Below, piece after piece: positions 1 through 14,800 of a DNA stretch of 64,000 bases (its first letter is position 1; each line of letters starts with the position of its first letter). The position numbers were made by a program, and so were the translations under genes. The notes below the pieces were generated by a model. That model saw only the letters and a list, made by a program, of their open reading frames with translations, was not told where the DNA came from and searched no databases. Origin of the DNA: Camelus ferus (taxonomy: Eukaryota); the NCBI RefSeq assembly GCF_009834535.1, contig NC_045696.1, positions 32,242,001 to 32,306,000 of the forward strand, in the 5' to 3' direction.

Positions 1-44
1 GTGGCAGCCAGCATGTTTTTGATAAAAATATGAGTCAAAACATG

Positions 45-560
45 TAATCCCATGGCTCACAGCTCTACAGTTGTTCCCATTTTACTCAGAGAAAACTAGA
101 GTCTTCCCAATGGCCTATAAAGCTATACACAGCGTGGCTATTTCTGACTTGGTCTCCATATACACCTCCTACCACGTATGTCTGCTCCAGTAGCTCTGGT
201 CTCTTTCCTGTGCCAGTAACATAGCTCAGATATCTCTTCATCAAGCCTCTTCATCTGTTTTTGCTGTTTGTTCCATTAATAATTTGTGATCCATTTGGGT
301 TTTTACTGCATCAGAAATGTTGCAGGGTCTTATTCAAAAGTACCCTCTGTTAGCCTTTTCCAGACCACTCTCCTGACATACTTCCTCATCATCTATCCTT
401 ACCCTGTTCATTTTCCATTATACTTACCACCAACATATTCTGTATTTTATAGATACATACACACACAATCTTTCTCACTTCTGTAAAATGTAAGTTTCAT
501 GAGAGCAAGATTTGTTGGTCTGTTTTGTTCAATGCTGTGTCTCCAATACATGGAATTGAA
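45..560 (+). mobile_element. LINE-2 (L2a-like) 3' fragment
   Basis: 'cccattttactcagagaaaactagagtcttcccaatggcctataaag' and 'aaaatgtaagtttcatgagagcaagatttgttggtctgttttgttcaatgctgtgtctcca' resemble the L2 3' consensus. Confidence 0.75.
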
Positions 561-1714
561 CTTGGAAAATGTTATTATTTGTACCAATAGACACAGAGAT
601 GCTGAAAGATGTAAAAACATGGAACCTGAATAGAGAGCAAGCCATTTTTATCACTCAGAACAGAATTAATACAGTGCACATGCAGTCTGGAGCATATAAG
701 ATCATGTGCCAAGTGTATGCCAAGCCATAAGGTAAATCTTGCACATCTTTCTGTAAAATCAGTCTAACCCAAAGACACGAGCTCTCACATAAAATGGACC
801 ACTTATAGCCAAGTTCCATGTTTGTATAGAATGTTTACTGTTCTATGTCAAGGAGAAAGTTTTGTGAAATTTTTTTAGAGACATTGCTTTAACACATATA
901 TGTTTTTTGAATTTGAATTCAACTTACATCCATGAATGTTTATTTGGTTATCTACCATGGGCAAGAAAATCATTACTATAGTTTCCAGATTTCTTTTATT
1001 GCTTCACTTCTTTGTATAGTTTTTTTTTTTAATGTTGGGTTGATTTTTATCAACCTTCTTAGAACAATACTGGGTACATATTAATCAATATCTATCTCAT
1101 CCATATTTCTATTTATATCAGGTTTCCTGTGATTCCAATAAAGAACATTTTCATTTTCTCAGTATTCTGTTTCCTAGTGTCAATGTATAGAACTAAATAG
1201 CAGTCTCTTATTTGCAAATCTATATGGTAAAGAATAGGGACTTTACCAAATAAACTAGCTTTCAGGATTATCATAAACATTGAAAGACTATAAGGCAGGG
1301 GAGAAATTAAAGTTGAAGACCACAAATATTTTATATTAGTGTAGTTTATCACCAGTTTGATAGACAAGGGGATTATTGCTGCCATGCTCAGTAATATAGG
1401 CAAGTAGAAATAATGGAATGATACAATTTAAATTGATCTGTGGGCAATTAAGTCCATGTATATTAGCTAGCATTTTTACTTGTGTGCACACAGATGAAGA
1501 TCAAGAAACAGGATATTTCACAATATGTGACATTTTGGATAAATTTAATTTACATGGAACATTTAATTTTTTCCCATCTCTACCTAATCTGCTAAATACC
1601 TGATGCTGACATGACAATATTATAAGCTTTGGGCCAAGCAGATTATCTGGATCAATATCAAACTAAGAAAAGTTATTTCAGTTTGGCATAAAAGGTTAAA
1701 TACAGACAATGAAG

Positions 1715-1895
1715 ATAAATTCTCTGGGTTTGAATTCCAACTTTGTTGCTCAGTAGCTGTATGACTTTGGGCAAGTTTTTTAACCTCTCTGTGCCTTGAT
1801 TTCCTCATCTGACAGATGAGATTAATATTCACACCTCCTAGGATTGCTGTGAGTTGATATCTGTAAACATTTAGAACAGTGGCTGCGTGTACTAT
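1715..1895 (+). mobile_element. MIR SINE
   Basis: MIR core 'ctgggtttgaattcc...tagctgtatgactttgggcaagttttttaacctctctgtgccttgatttcctcatctg'; ORF 1620-1937(-) contains the typical antisense-MIR peptide QMRKSRHREVKKLAQSH. Confidence 0.9.
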
Positions 1896-3949
1896 GTTAA
1901 CAACTAGACTTGGCATCCATGGTTTCTTAAGCAACACTCAGATAACCCAATAAGGTTCTTGTTGGCTTTCTGTAATTTTAACAGTAATTGTATTTTAGTA
2001 TCTCTATGCTTTATGTAAGGGTATAAATTAAAACTTTTTTGTGATGACTCTTGTTGATGAATGTCTCATCAAAGCATCATCATTCCTTCTTTGATTTTTA
2101 ATTAGGACTTTGTTTTCTGCACTGGCAAATGAGAGCAAGTAGAATCTACAAACCGAAGTAAATTACTCTTTGATAAGTATTTTAACTCTATTAACTTTCT
2201 TTATTCACATATCATGATAATTAAATTTTAAAAGTTATTTTAAGAATAACTAACGTTAAATATTTTAATGAAAGTAATCATTGACTTAAAGAAATAATTA
2301 TTATGTTGTCACATTTTGTATGATTGTATTTATTCCTTGAAATAAATAAAATTCTGACATGAACTGTTAAATTTCCAAATATTACTTTTGTGGGTGCATA
2401 GTTGTATAGGTAGCTTGTGTAGGTTTATCTACCTAAAAAACACAGTCTAAATAAGTGGTTTTGAGGCATTATTTCATGGAGTTTGAAGAATGATTATATT
2501 ATGTGACACTTTGAAATTTACATTCACAAGATTTTGGTGTTTTGAGATGTAATTCCTTAAAAGCCACCCTGAAGATGAGGAAGACTTAAAGGCATTGAAA
2601 AGGAGTAGGTTGGGCTTGAATAAAATAATGGATTGAGCAGACAAAACCATAAGAACTAGGTGAAGTACCACATTAGTAGGGAGTAAGATTTCATTAACAG
2701 GTGACCAGATTGTTTAGGCAGTAATATAATAAAAATGACCAGGATTGAAAGGAAGAAAATGAGGCATTTTTATGAGAGAGCTCTAGAGATACATATTGAG
2801 ATGTAAACTTTTCGGTTAATCAAAGTATGTAGATACCCTTTGTAAACTGTAGAGTGTGAACATTATGAGTATTAGTATAAAAATTACTAATATTACATTT
2901 CTTTTTAATTTAATATTTTTTAATCCATGTTAGTTTTTCTTTACTTTATGCTGACAGTTTTCTTAATTCTGCCGTGTTTGAATTGTTTACAACCTTCAGA
3001 AATATTTGTTCATTTGCCAATGTGGGAAACCAGTGTAGATCAATTGAATGTACCTATTTATCTATCTATAAATTTGTTCAGGATGTTACATGATTAAGAA
3101 TTTCATTTATGCTCAACAATTTACGCTATTTCCATTCATGTCCTTTACAAGCTATAAATATGACATATATATGGAAATTAAGACCTGACTATGAAAATTA
3201 GAAATGGAAAGCCTCTGTAATGTTTTTAGTATTAATTACTAACCACTAAGTATAAATTGGAATATGTACATAGTGGTGGAATAGCACGTTTGTTAATTTA
3301 CATAACTTGGAAACGATTTAGAAATATATAATCATACCAAGTTGCTGTTGCTTGATGAGTGATCCCACTTAAAGTTATAAACTTTATATATCAGATGTTG
3401 TAGCACTCGCAATTTCATTGTTAGGCATGATATTGACCCAACCCCATCTAGACAGGTCATTTAATGAATATCACAGTGTGTAAACAGACATGTCAGGTTC
3501 AGAAAAGCATTAGCCTAAAATGAGGTCAACGAAGGTTGATTCTCTAAGCTGTATGGACAGCTGAGCCCTCTCTCAATTCCAGTGCTCAGCCTGGCAGATA
3601 GCAGAGCCGCTTAGGCTGCTCAAAGAGGAACAGCTGCAGCAGTGACCAGGCAGTGTCCCCCTTCAGCGCTGCTTGAGAAGAGGGGGCAGCATGCAGCTTA
3701 TCTCAAGAGCTATGAAGAACATGGCTAAACAAATAAGTCTGAAATTTTCAACTTTCAAAAGAAATATGCAATTTTTTGGTAGAAAACTACATTATACTTC
3801 ATGTGGCATATAGAAATTATAATTATTGGACACAAATGCAAAATGTTGAAAAGGATATAGCAATGTGTTTTAGTTTTATTAATAGCACATACAACTGAAT
3901 ATTTTTCATGTCCTGAATGTTAAAAAAAAGAACTCCCACAAAGCAATCG

Positions 3950-4445
3950 TGTGACAAATATTTTCTTTTAATTTGGCATGTCTTTTCAATTTCTTCATGA
4001 TTCCTTGTGATAAGCATAAGTTCTTAATTACAATATAGTAAAATTTACAATTTTCTTATGGTTAGTACTATGTTGTGACTTTTTAAAGACATTTCAGTTG
4101 TTAGATATTTTCTTCTAAAAATTTCTTTAATATTTTGATTTGCACAATTGAGACTTTAATCCCCCTTTAATTGGTACTTTGCACATGTGGAAAGTTAGAC
4201 TATTATTTAGTCCTTAACACATATGTAACCGCTTGTCCTTGACTTGATTTATGAATAGCTCCCCTTTACCCACGAAACCACGAAACTGAAGTGCAAATTC
4301 TGTCTTATGGTCCAGTTGCAATCATGGGTGTGTTTCTCTCTGGGTTCTATTCTGGTCAGTATAGCTACCTGTTCCTGAATGCCACAAACTTTCATCACCA
4401 TAGATTCATATGAAGTCTTGATACCTTGCAAGGTAGTATCCTTGC
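3950..4445 (-). mobile_element. Old, highly diverged L1 (L1M/L1ME-like) ORF2 fragment
   Basis: 'gtgtttctctctgggttctattctggtc...gccacaaactttcatcaccatagattcatatgaagtcttgatacc' resembles antisense L1 ORF2. Confidence 0.5.
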
Positions 4446-6519
4446 AAGAATACAAAACATCCCCTTGCTAACTACGGAAAACTTCTTCGGGAGTGCCTTA
4501 TCCATTCTTTGAGAAGCTTATGCTCCATTTCTCAGCCACTCCTCCCTAGTTGTGCGGGAAACTGGGGTACAGAGAGGATGATTGTATCCCCAGAGAAATC
4601 CCTGACCCTTTGGGAGATCAGCAAAACCTCAAAAAGTGTTCCGTGAAGTTGTTCTCTAGTTGGAGCACATAGTAAGCCATAATATTGAAAATAGATGTCC
4701 GCAGTTCAAATAGTGTCATTTTAACATTACTTTTAAAAATAGGACTTACAAAGAATTAATAAATAGTGGCATATAAATATGCTTGCTTTTAATTTTTAAA
4801 AACAGCCATTCAGTCCACCTAGATTAAATCATCTACATCTTCTACATAGGTTGTTTATAATTAAAGTCTGAGTCTGTTAAATAGGAAATCAACTCTTATA
4901 TCCACAGTATCATAGAATCACAATTTTCTCAAGCACCAACTCTTTCCCCCTCTATTTTTGCAGTGTCTTAACAATGGATATTGGTAGGTTGAATTTTCTG
5001 ATAACTAGAAAGAAGCTACATGATCTTTTCTGGTACACCAGCGTGTATATCTGAGTGAAGGTTAAGGTTAACTTAATTTCTCACTTCAGCTGAAAATCAA
5101 TTCTTCTACCCTTTTGTCATAATCCTATCAACTACATAGAGAAGCTGTTCTGTTCTTGAGTTATATTTGAATTTGCACAGGGAATTAAATTTTAGCTTTC
5201 AGAAACTGAAAGATTTTATAGGATGACAGGACCTTTTTGTCTGTATTTACCATAATAAGTGGTGACCCTGGAGAACTAACGGGTTTTTCATAAGGGGCCT
5301 TTGCTAAGAATAAAGGGAGTCAGAGGAGGAAGGCCAGGAGTATATCATCTTTCTGCTGCTGGGAAACGGTATACAAAGGCATTACTACACTTACACAGAT
5401 AGAAAGAATGCACTTTTAAAGGACATTTAAACTGTGAGTGTTAGTAAATAAAATAATCGCTTAAATGTATCTGATGATATTTCTTGCACAGCCAGAGATT
5501 TTTTCATTGAAGAGAAAATATTTTCCTTATGAAGCTATAAGATAGTTAGCATACAGGTGTGATCATTACCCTTACCAACTTGCTCAGCTAGGATTTTAAG
5601 TTAATTCATTTGCTGAAATTCAATCTGTTAAAGTAAATCAGATGGCAAGGGCCATTTTTAGAATGTAATATGGGTACACCATCTAATTATACCAAAGGGC
5701 AAGGTTCCCCTGCGTTTATTGAGACTCACATCTTGGAATTTGCCTTCAAGTTCAACGAGCAGAGCAATGATAGATTGGAACACAAGGATGTAACAGAGAA
5801 CGAATGAGTATGGGTATCAAATTATACACCTAGCCCCAGCTCAGACTCCAGATTGATGTTGTCCCTGATTTGGGGAGCACTATAGAGGCTGCCCAGTTAA
5901 CTATGTACAAATTTCTCTCCTTATTTAATTTTGAGCTTTTCTTTTACTCATGCATCACTCTATCCCTGGCCTTGTTCCTGTGCTTTGAAATCCTTCCCTC
6001 CAAAAGTTCCCTTGTTGATGATTATGGATTTTTTTTTTTCACTCCTGTATTGTACCTTCCTGATCTGGCCTTCTCACAGCTAGTTTTGCCCTTTTATATA
6101 CTCCCACTATCATTGTTACTGCAGAAAGGAGCCCTATGTTATTTCATCCTAGGGTAGAAGACGAAAACACTTTCTCTCAAATGTTAATAACCTTACAGGT
6201 TGTACTGCCAAAGAAAAGCATTAATCTTCTCAACACATTGCCTTAGTATAGCTAGTCATTGGGAAACTGCACAGAAAGGTTCTCACTCCAAGATCTCAGA
6301 GCTTCCTGTTACTATTACTGGAGCAAATAGCTACTATGGCAGGTAATTAAAACTCAAAATGGATTTAGTACAGAAATAAGTTGTGACACTGGTTAGTTCT
6401 GTATCATTATTTAGTTGTGTATGGTGTGGTATAAAAACATATTTACAGAGTACTTGGTTTCTTTGCTAGACATTGTAATAGTTTCTTTGCAAAAGTGATA
6501 TTATTTATTCTACATAATA

Positions 6520-6625
6520 CTTCTATCAGAGTCTACCAAAATCCCAATTTTGTAGCAGTAGAACTGAGTGTGAGGGAGGTTAAAAAAATTTTGCCCACAT
6601 TACAAGAAAGCGGGTCTTAGAGTTC
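6520..6625 (-). mobile_element. MIR fragment
   Basis: 'cccaattttgtagcagtagaactgagtgtgagggaggttaaaaaaattttgcccacattaca' matches the reverse MIR core. Confidence 0.6.
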
Positions 6626-6639
6626 ATAGCCCAATGGAA

Positions 6640-6820
6640 GTTGACTAAGTCTGAACATCAGAATCACCTTGAGAAATCCTAAAGTCACTCTGATTTTACC
6701 TTTGCATACCACTAAAGTAACAATTCACTCCTTTCAACCAAAGAAATCAGAATCTCTGTAGTTGGGACGCCAGTATTACTATTTTTGGAAAATCTGTTGG
6801 TGGTCCTAATGGTCACTGAA
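6640..6820. mobile_element. MER5-like hAT-Charlie DNA transposon remnant
   Basis: 'catcagaatcacct...aaatcagaatctctgtagttgggacgccagtattactatttttggaaaatctgttggtggtcctaatg' has the MER5A/B pattern. Confidence 0.55.
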
Positions 6821-8279
6821 GGATGTTCAGTGCCCCATCTTGTGCTCTTTTAATCATGTGAAGGATTAAGATGCTTGAGATATACTCATTAGTATTATCA
6901 TCAGTATTTTGGTAGTTCCTGTGGGGAATGGGTTTGGGAAGGATAAGCTAGAAAATTAACGTTTTATCACACATATTTCTTCCTTGGAAGTATGTATTTC
7001 TGGTTTTAGAAAACTAATGAAGAAGTACTGGGAAAGTAGACAGTTTCATTTGAAACTGCCTGTATTTTTCTCTCATAAATTTCACAATCGCTTGCCTTTC
7101 ATCGTCCAGTCTTCTGAACATACTGCACTCTAACGTGCCTAGGATGAGCTCAGCAACTAGACTGGCCTGCCTTGTTACAGGTTTATATCTCAGGGCAGAT
7201 CGATTTGAGCTGGTCATAGAGAACTGGAAACAATATTTTATTAATATTAGGAATGATGAGTCTATTAAAGAGCTTCTAGATTATAGAATATTGTATGCTT
7301 TAAGAAAAAGTTAATTTGATTTCAAATGTCTGTTGACAGTAACTTCAGTATTACAAAAATTTCTTATAATAACAATTCAAGTTTATATATGTTGTAAATC
7401 TCAAACTATTTTGCTCCATTTCTTATTATCTGTCTTCCCTGGAAGACAGAAGACCTAGTGATTGCTTTCTGTATTATTAATTCACCTTTTAGCTTTTTAA
7501 TCCTAGTCTAGTTAAACCCAGTTTGTATTATTTACTAGTAGTCTGTGTAATACTCGTTAATGTTAGCCTACTTTCACTCCTATTTTTCATATCCTTAATT
7601 ACTCTTGACTGGAGGCTTTGCCTGCACACACACAGGACTGTGTTAGGCCAGTGGTGAATCATGCATGTGCAAGGATGTGGGCCTCTAGGAGACTGTAGTT
7701 ATGGTAACCTCCATGTGGACCACTGCCTGCTCCATTACCCTGCTTCTGACTGAATCAGTGGTGACTGGGGCTATTTGATTCTCTTATACTGCATTTGCTT
7801 ACAGCACTTTATCTTGTTCATTAGAGTAGGTTTTTCTGTCGTTTCTTAGCACTTACTGACTGTGCAGTTTTGTGATCATACCCCACCTCCCCCCAAGTTC
7901 CCTTTTATATTCCTCTTTTTTAGCTCACCACATGTGACTACATAGATAACCTTCTGTCATATATTTCTTCTGATGTATTTGCATTCAAAAAATGAGCATT
8001 TTAAAAGTATCCTGCAATTGGCAATTTGGAGAAGAAAATTATGAAGATGGGAATAAAAATTACCTGTATTGGAGATTAACACTTTTTTTATTTTAGTGTT
8101 TGGTTGTGTTCATGTGTGTATATTTGTGAAAGAATGATGTGTGTGTGTGTGCGCAAAGGGAGGCGGGTGGGATGGAGAGAGAGAGAAACCAAGAGCAAGA
8201 TCTGACAAAATAGTTTACGTTCAAACTGATAGCACATGTGTATATACATAAAACCAATTTACCATGGATGTGTTTTATA

Positions 8280-9390
8280 AATTCTTCATTTAACCATTTG
8301 AATTGCTAACATCTTTCCATATAAATAGACTTCAAAAATGATTTTGCAGTGATTGCATCATAGCCTATCATAGCAATAGAACATGATTTATTAACTATTC
8401 TCATGTTGTTTACAATTTATACTATTTAAGCTTTGTAATGTATATTTTTATGTAACTATCTAATTATAATCTTATGTTATATTAGAAGGGGAATTTACTG
8501 GAGCTAAATGTATACCCTTAGAATACTTTTGACAATTTGCTTTTCACAAAGTTTTATAATTTGAAATTCTTTTCAGCAATTTAACTTTGTTTTTTAGTAA
8601 TCATTAATATGATTAAATAGATAAAAGTAGATATATATCTGTATAAATATGCATACACATACATATGAAAGGAAAGGTGGTAGCTGAAGATGGCATCAAA
8701 ATATTGTTTTGTTTATTATTATTGAGATGGAATATTATCTATAATTTTAATATATTTTTCCAGAGTGAGGGTTTTTAGTACTTCCCATGATTTATTATGT
8801 TACCCATTAAATCAATCTGTGTATTTTTCCTTTATTCTTATGCTTTTAAGTTACTTCCCAATTTTAAAGTTATTTATTCACAACTTCTTTTTATGGTTTT
8901 ATTTCTGTAGTTTAATTTTCTGATTTAACTCTTTAATCCATCTAGAATTCATCCTAATGAATACAAAGTAAAAATCTAATTTGATTTTTGAAATGAAGCT
9001 AATTTTCTTACGAAAATTAAAAACTATGCTTTTCTCATTGTTTTGCAAGTTTCCCTTACACACATGAACAGTGCACATTAACAGATACAAACACACACAT
9101 CTATATCCACATCTACATTAGGATCTCTAAGATTAATCTATTTGTTGTCCATTTTGTAGGTTTTTAAAAAGTGAGGTGTTTAAAAATCTAGTATGGAAGC
9201 CATCTCATTCATTATCCTTCTCAAAATCTGTCTTGGATATTTTTTTTTCTTTATTCTTTTGGATAAAATTTAAAAGCATTATTTAAAGTTTAAATGCTCC
9301 ATTGTTATTTTGTCTAAGCTTGCACAAATCTTACACATTTGTTCTCAAGAAATTGACATTTATGCAATAATTAGTCTTCCCATGTAGGAA
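8280..9390 (-). mobile_element. Old L1 (L1ME-like) fragments
   Basis: 'tttaactctttaatccatctagaattcatc' and 'gaaattgacatttatgcaataattagtcttcccat' are antisense L1 ORF2 motifs; ORF 8899-9096(-) has a MNSRWIKELN remnant (cf. L1 INSRWIKDLN). Confidence 0.6.
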
Positions 9391-11619
9391 TAAAACTCTA
9401 AGGAATTACATAACCAGCTAAGGAATTTAATAATTGGAAGAGTTTCACATCTAATGGGAGACAGAGGAAATAAATATTACTCCTGTCCTGAATGTAAAAT
9501 AAAAATGATTGAATAATTTATCCCATCTCTTTGATATGAACTCTAAATTATTAGCCAGTTTCCCCTTTCTGTGGACTAAGTCTGTCTCAGAGGCAAAGTG
9601 AGCTTGTAAAGCTGCAGGACAGATGTGTATCTTGGTAAAGCCATTTTTTGTCCTGGTTCCATTAAATAAAATATAGATGAAATATTAATTCTATTTGTCC
9701 CATTCTGTTATAAAAAAAAAAAAACTATGCTCTCCTGTTTTCTAATATTGATCACTTTAGCTGAACCAGAAAACATTTTATATCACAGCACTTATTGACC
9801 GGTTTTGCTGAAATGAATTTCAGTATATTCAAGTTTTAAACATTTGCTTTAGAGGTGTGGGGAAAAAAATGTTGAACAAAAGTTTTCAAGGATTTAGCTG
9901 GGAAAATTGGAGGGGCAGGTGTCAAATAGCTCATCGTGCCTGGCTGAGTGCTTACGTGAAGTCTGAGAGGAGGTCCCAAGACAGGCTCCCTCCTGTTTTG
10001 GTATCCCAAATGGATGTTTCAGGTCCTCCATTTTCTCAGGGCCAGCTGCCAGCTTTGAGATTCCCACTTAAGAAGCTTGGTTAAGCACGGTATCCCTCTG
10101 AGCACAGGGCATCCACAATTTCAGGGCTCAGGGTTCACACAGCCTACTAAATCCTAGGTGAAGTACACAGAATGTGCTGTCAGGAATTCTCAGTTTAATC
10201 AACAACCACAAATAAATGAGGGCAGGAACCTGGGGATGGGATGCATTTGTCTGCTGAAAGTGAGGGCATGAGAGCGTGTATCTGAGTCATGTTGTTGATA
10301 CAGGTAGGAAGGTAAGACTATATTAAATCAGGATGTTGAATACAACTAGAGAAACTAAGTAGCTTTTTTTTTTTTTAAATCAATGACTATTTGTTGCACA
10401 AATATTTATTGAGCTCACTAAATGAACCAGATATGTCCTGTTAGGCTTTTAGCAGTTACCATAACTGGCCAGTTCCTCCTTATATTGTGGGGTATGGGTG
10501 AGGTCTTACAGTTTAGTCTTTTAGTAGATCTCAAAATCTTTGTCATTGTGAGGAAGAAAAGAATGAATGTATGATCAAAGAAGTTCATCTATAGGAAGAA
10601 ATATGTATATTGTAACAGGAGTTCCACTATGTGTAAATAATCCTAATTATAGAGATTTATAGAAAGTGTTTACCAAATGTTTCTGATCATCATGCAGTAA
10701 ATACTGACTTTTTAATTTGTACAAATTTGTCAGAAAATTTTTGTGTGTTTGTGAAGGTTTACACTTCTAAATATTCTTTCTAATTTCACCTGTTAATTTA
10801 ATGATTATGGTAGCATCAGAGTTAACTAGAAAGACCATTATTCTGAAGTTTCAAAGGCCAAATGGAAGTCGGTTAACAGATACCTGATATTAAAAAAAAA
10901 CGTGGTTGAGGTTTGTGTTTCTAGGGTTTATATAAAAAGGAAGACCACTTAATTTCGATGAGATTTATATATTATTTATTAACATAGTATTTTAAATTAG
11001 TAAATCTCTACAGGTGACATATTAGAGTCTTAGGATTTAATCTTAGAATTTCAGCTTTTACTTATATATTCAAATTGCACAGCAAAAATTTTTTCCAGAA
11101 AGTTATCAAGATTTATTCTTGTGTAAATCATGTACTGGCAGCATCCTTAGCAACAAAATATTTGTAAGTGTAAATAGTGCCACTATAATATCAAATAATA
11201 GCATGTATTATGCCAATGGAGACAGAAATATATTAAAGAAAATAGACATATATATGTAGGTCACTTGGAAGAAATATGTAATTTAGTTATTACTTTTCTG
11301 ATAAACAAAAATTCAAGTAACCTCAGACTCAAACTCACTATGTAAATTTGAAATAGTCATACATAATGGTAATTCAGTTGTCATTCTCCATGCAACAAAG
11401 TCATATTATTGCACATCATATTCAATTATAACATGAAATTTGTAATTAGTATGATCATATCATTAACAAAAACCAATATACGTTATTGCATTTCTGCGAG
11501 TTGCAAATCTCTAATCTGTGTTAAAAAGATTGTAGAAGTCTTTGAAAGGCTTTGTAGTTTGAATGTATTATAAGCAGTTTATTTTTTGGGATCCATAGCT
11601 AAGTAAGTAGGTGTTTACC

Positions 11620-11880
11620 AGATGGCATTTTAGATAGATCGTAATACTCTGGTAAAAACTTCTTTGAACAAGATGGGAGAGGTGATGAAAAGCATCTTGG
11701 GGTCAGGAACCACATGAACTGAAGTGCAAAAGGAGGAAAAATTTCAATAAACACTGAGTAGTACCTCTTAGCTATACTAAAGATAAATTGATATGTCAGT
11801 GGCTGTCAGGCTATGAACAGACTGAATGATATAGACTTTGTAATTTATTTGGCAAGTAAAATGGACCCTCTGGACTTTAT
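11620..11880 (-). mobile_element. L2 fragment
   Basis: Purine-rich antisense-L2 pattern 'gaaaagcatcttggggtcaggaaccacatgaactgaagtgcaaaagg...gactttgtaatttatttggcaagtaaaatggaccctctgga'. Confidence 0.5.
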
Positions 11881-14800
11881 ACTCTCAGACCATAAAGCTG
11901 TGTATTTAAGATCTAAGAAACACACATGGAACACATTCACATATTCCTGTCTCCCCAAAATGAGAACTGCTATGTATTAAAATGAAAAGACTATAGAAAT
12001 CCTTATTTATTTTTCTCTTCACTTTTAATCATTGTACTTTGTTTTTATGGCCATCTGTATTCATATAATAGTTTAGAAGTAATTTTTATGTGTTGTCACA
12101 AACTTTGGCATCAATTTCAGTACTTAAAACTTGATACCATTAAGTGTGCATGTATTATTTTTGAAGAAACTGCTACTGTGAAATGAATAGACACAAGTTT
12201 CATTTTGTCTTTGGATTTCCTTGCCTTCCTTGCTTATCTGATATATTTTAATGTGCAAACTTGAGATAGCTGTGTGAAGGCAAGCTGGCATATGATGGGG
12301 GGAAAAAAGAAGGAAAGATAACTGGGAGATACCGGCAAGTATCATGAAATGTTTAGTTACTTCCTGGTGTTGTCTTTTTCAAATATGTTACAGGCAATAT
12401 CAAGATATAATTCATAATTTCTCCCTCAAGGAGAGAACTGATATAGGGAATATTGAGAGATGTCTGGGTAAATCTTTGTTCCTATTTGAGCCTTTTTCTA
12501 ACTCTAGCCTTTGCCTCCAATGAGCTGTCTGACACAGATCTTATTTTCAAAATTCTAAATACCCAAACATCAGTCCATCAGGGGAATGCCTGGCCTCATT
12601 GAATTCCAGTATTTAAAGTTTCTTCCATTTCCTGCTAGAAGATGCTGTAGGCATACATCTCCTGAGACTTGTTCAGAATGCAATCAAGCATGTCTTGATT
12701 TGTATAGGCAAATCTCTGCAATTGCTTTATTATTTCTTTTAGAATGAGAATCTGCCCCAAATGAATAGACACATTAGGATGTGCCCTTACTTGAGGACTT
12801 ATCTTTCACATGTTTAAACATGATGATATTTATACATTATTATTTTTATAGAATAGTACATTTTACATGAAGTATTTTTTTCCATTTTGAAATGACAAAC
12901 TTGCTTTCAAACTTGATAAGAGCATGTGACATGTTTTTCAAAAAAATGTTTTATATAGAAGTAGTACTTTGAATATGAAATGTATTTTAATACACATATT
13001 TAATATCAGTATGAGACATCACAAGGAATGAAAAATGTTGAAAATACCTAAAAGTCCAAAGGTCAATAGCTACATGATAAAGAGTCCTGGAATATAAGAA
13101 AACTATTTTAATTAAATCTGCTAACTGGGGACTGTAATAAGATATCGTACCAATTTCATAAATTTATTTCTAGCTCATTTAATCAGAGCTCTTGAATTAC
13201 ATTTATCCTTGCATATATGCAAAACACATCACAAAGGACAGATGTTAAAATACTTCATCCCTTCCATGAGATGATATTGCTTCCACAAAGATTATTTATT
13301 TTCTAAATAAAGCTAAATATATTCGTAAATCTTAAAAGAGAAATAGTTAACTCAGTGATCTAAGAAATTCTTAAGAACTTAAAAATGCACTTAAAAAGGA
13401 AGTTCTAAGCTATTTTAAAAATTATTCCTAACGTTATATTGCTTTAGGCTTCACTTAATAAATTTGCAAAAGGAAATAAGTGTTTTTTTCATATTGATGT
13501 AATGTATGCTTAAGGGTATACAGTTTTGACTTTTTTTTCATAGTGACATATGCTTCTAATAGTAAAACTAAAAACTAAAAAAACTAAAAAAATATTTAGG
13601 GATTCCTTTGCTTTTGTGTGTCAAATAATGAATAAATGTGATGAATATTATTCTTTAAGATAAAGAGTTTATACCAACTTAAGAAGTTACGTTTAAAAAA
13701 TGCTCACAACAATCTATAAAATGTCAAGTTTACATTTAAAATTGGTTACTATTTTTCTCGGAAAGTGAGTGATATAGTATTTGCCTCTTAGGAGAATTAA
13801 ATTACTAACCAGTAATTATATTTCTCTGAATGTAATATTCTCAGTGGATTTGTATCAACTATCTTGGGGGCATTTTGGCATATGAGATGTAGTCATGTAA
13901 CTACATGGTAAAATAAAGGAAATTAAGTTCTGATAGATTGTATCTTAAATTGTCTAGTATCTTTTTATAAAAGCAATCTTTCATTTTTCCTTCCCAACAG
14001 TTTTGTGAAGTAGATTGAGTTAACCCAGATATAGTTCTTTAAGGCATAGAAGTTTGAAATATAGGCCTGAGATCATAATGTCATTTATAAAGCTGGAATT
14101 ACAATTAGTGCTTGATAACTCTTAGTGAAGCTCTACTCCGTTATATTGAGTCTGCCTTTGTATTTGGTAAAGCATCTAGCAAACCAGTGTAAATGGAATG
14201 TGCTAATCTTTAGAAAACAAAGATTTAAAACACCCCTTACGCCACAAACCATGTGCTGTAATTTCTGGAAAATTTAACTTGGTGTGACATGTTATATATT
14301 AAACTGTGAATTAAGTATTAAAATACATTTAAAAGTTTGTATGTAGCATAGATATTTGATTATTCTGTAATAAGGTAGAAAGCATGAAGTATGAGAATAT
14401 CTATATTCTAGAGAAAAAAATTTAAACATACTTGTTCTAGTCACAGTTGTAAGAACAGTAAGAAATATTTCACCCTTTTGAGGGTTCATAGCAAAATACA
14501 CATTTCTATTGAATCAAAATTTTATATAGTATAATATGGATTAGAAATAACTAATAATTTCTTGAAAATATAAGGATCATTAGTCTTCATACAGTGCTGA
14601 TTTAGGGAAATTTTAAAATAATAATTTAAAAGCTTAGATTTTTAAATGCCAAGTCAAAATATCTTTTTTCTTTTATTTATGTCAAAAACAGTAAGTTTAA
14701 ATACTATTTATAAAAGACATGAGTTCACTCATCAATAGAGAGGTAGAAAAGCTGATGTATGCCATTTTATTAGATACTTGGAAAACATGCCAATCATGCC

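Noticed and set aside
9398..9427. Direct repeat ctaaggaatt x2
   Set aside because: Only two 10-bp copies; not an array, likely slippage or chance
13975..14060. Acceptor-like 'tttttccttcccaacag'
   Set aside because: No good downstream donor or recognisable reading frame
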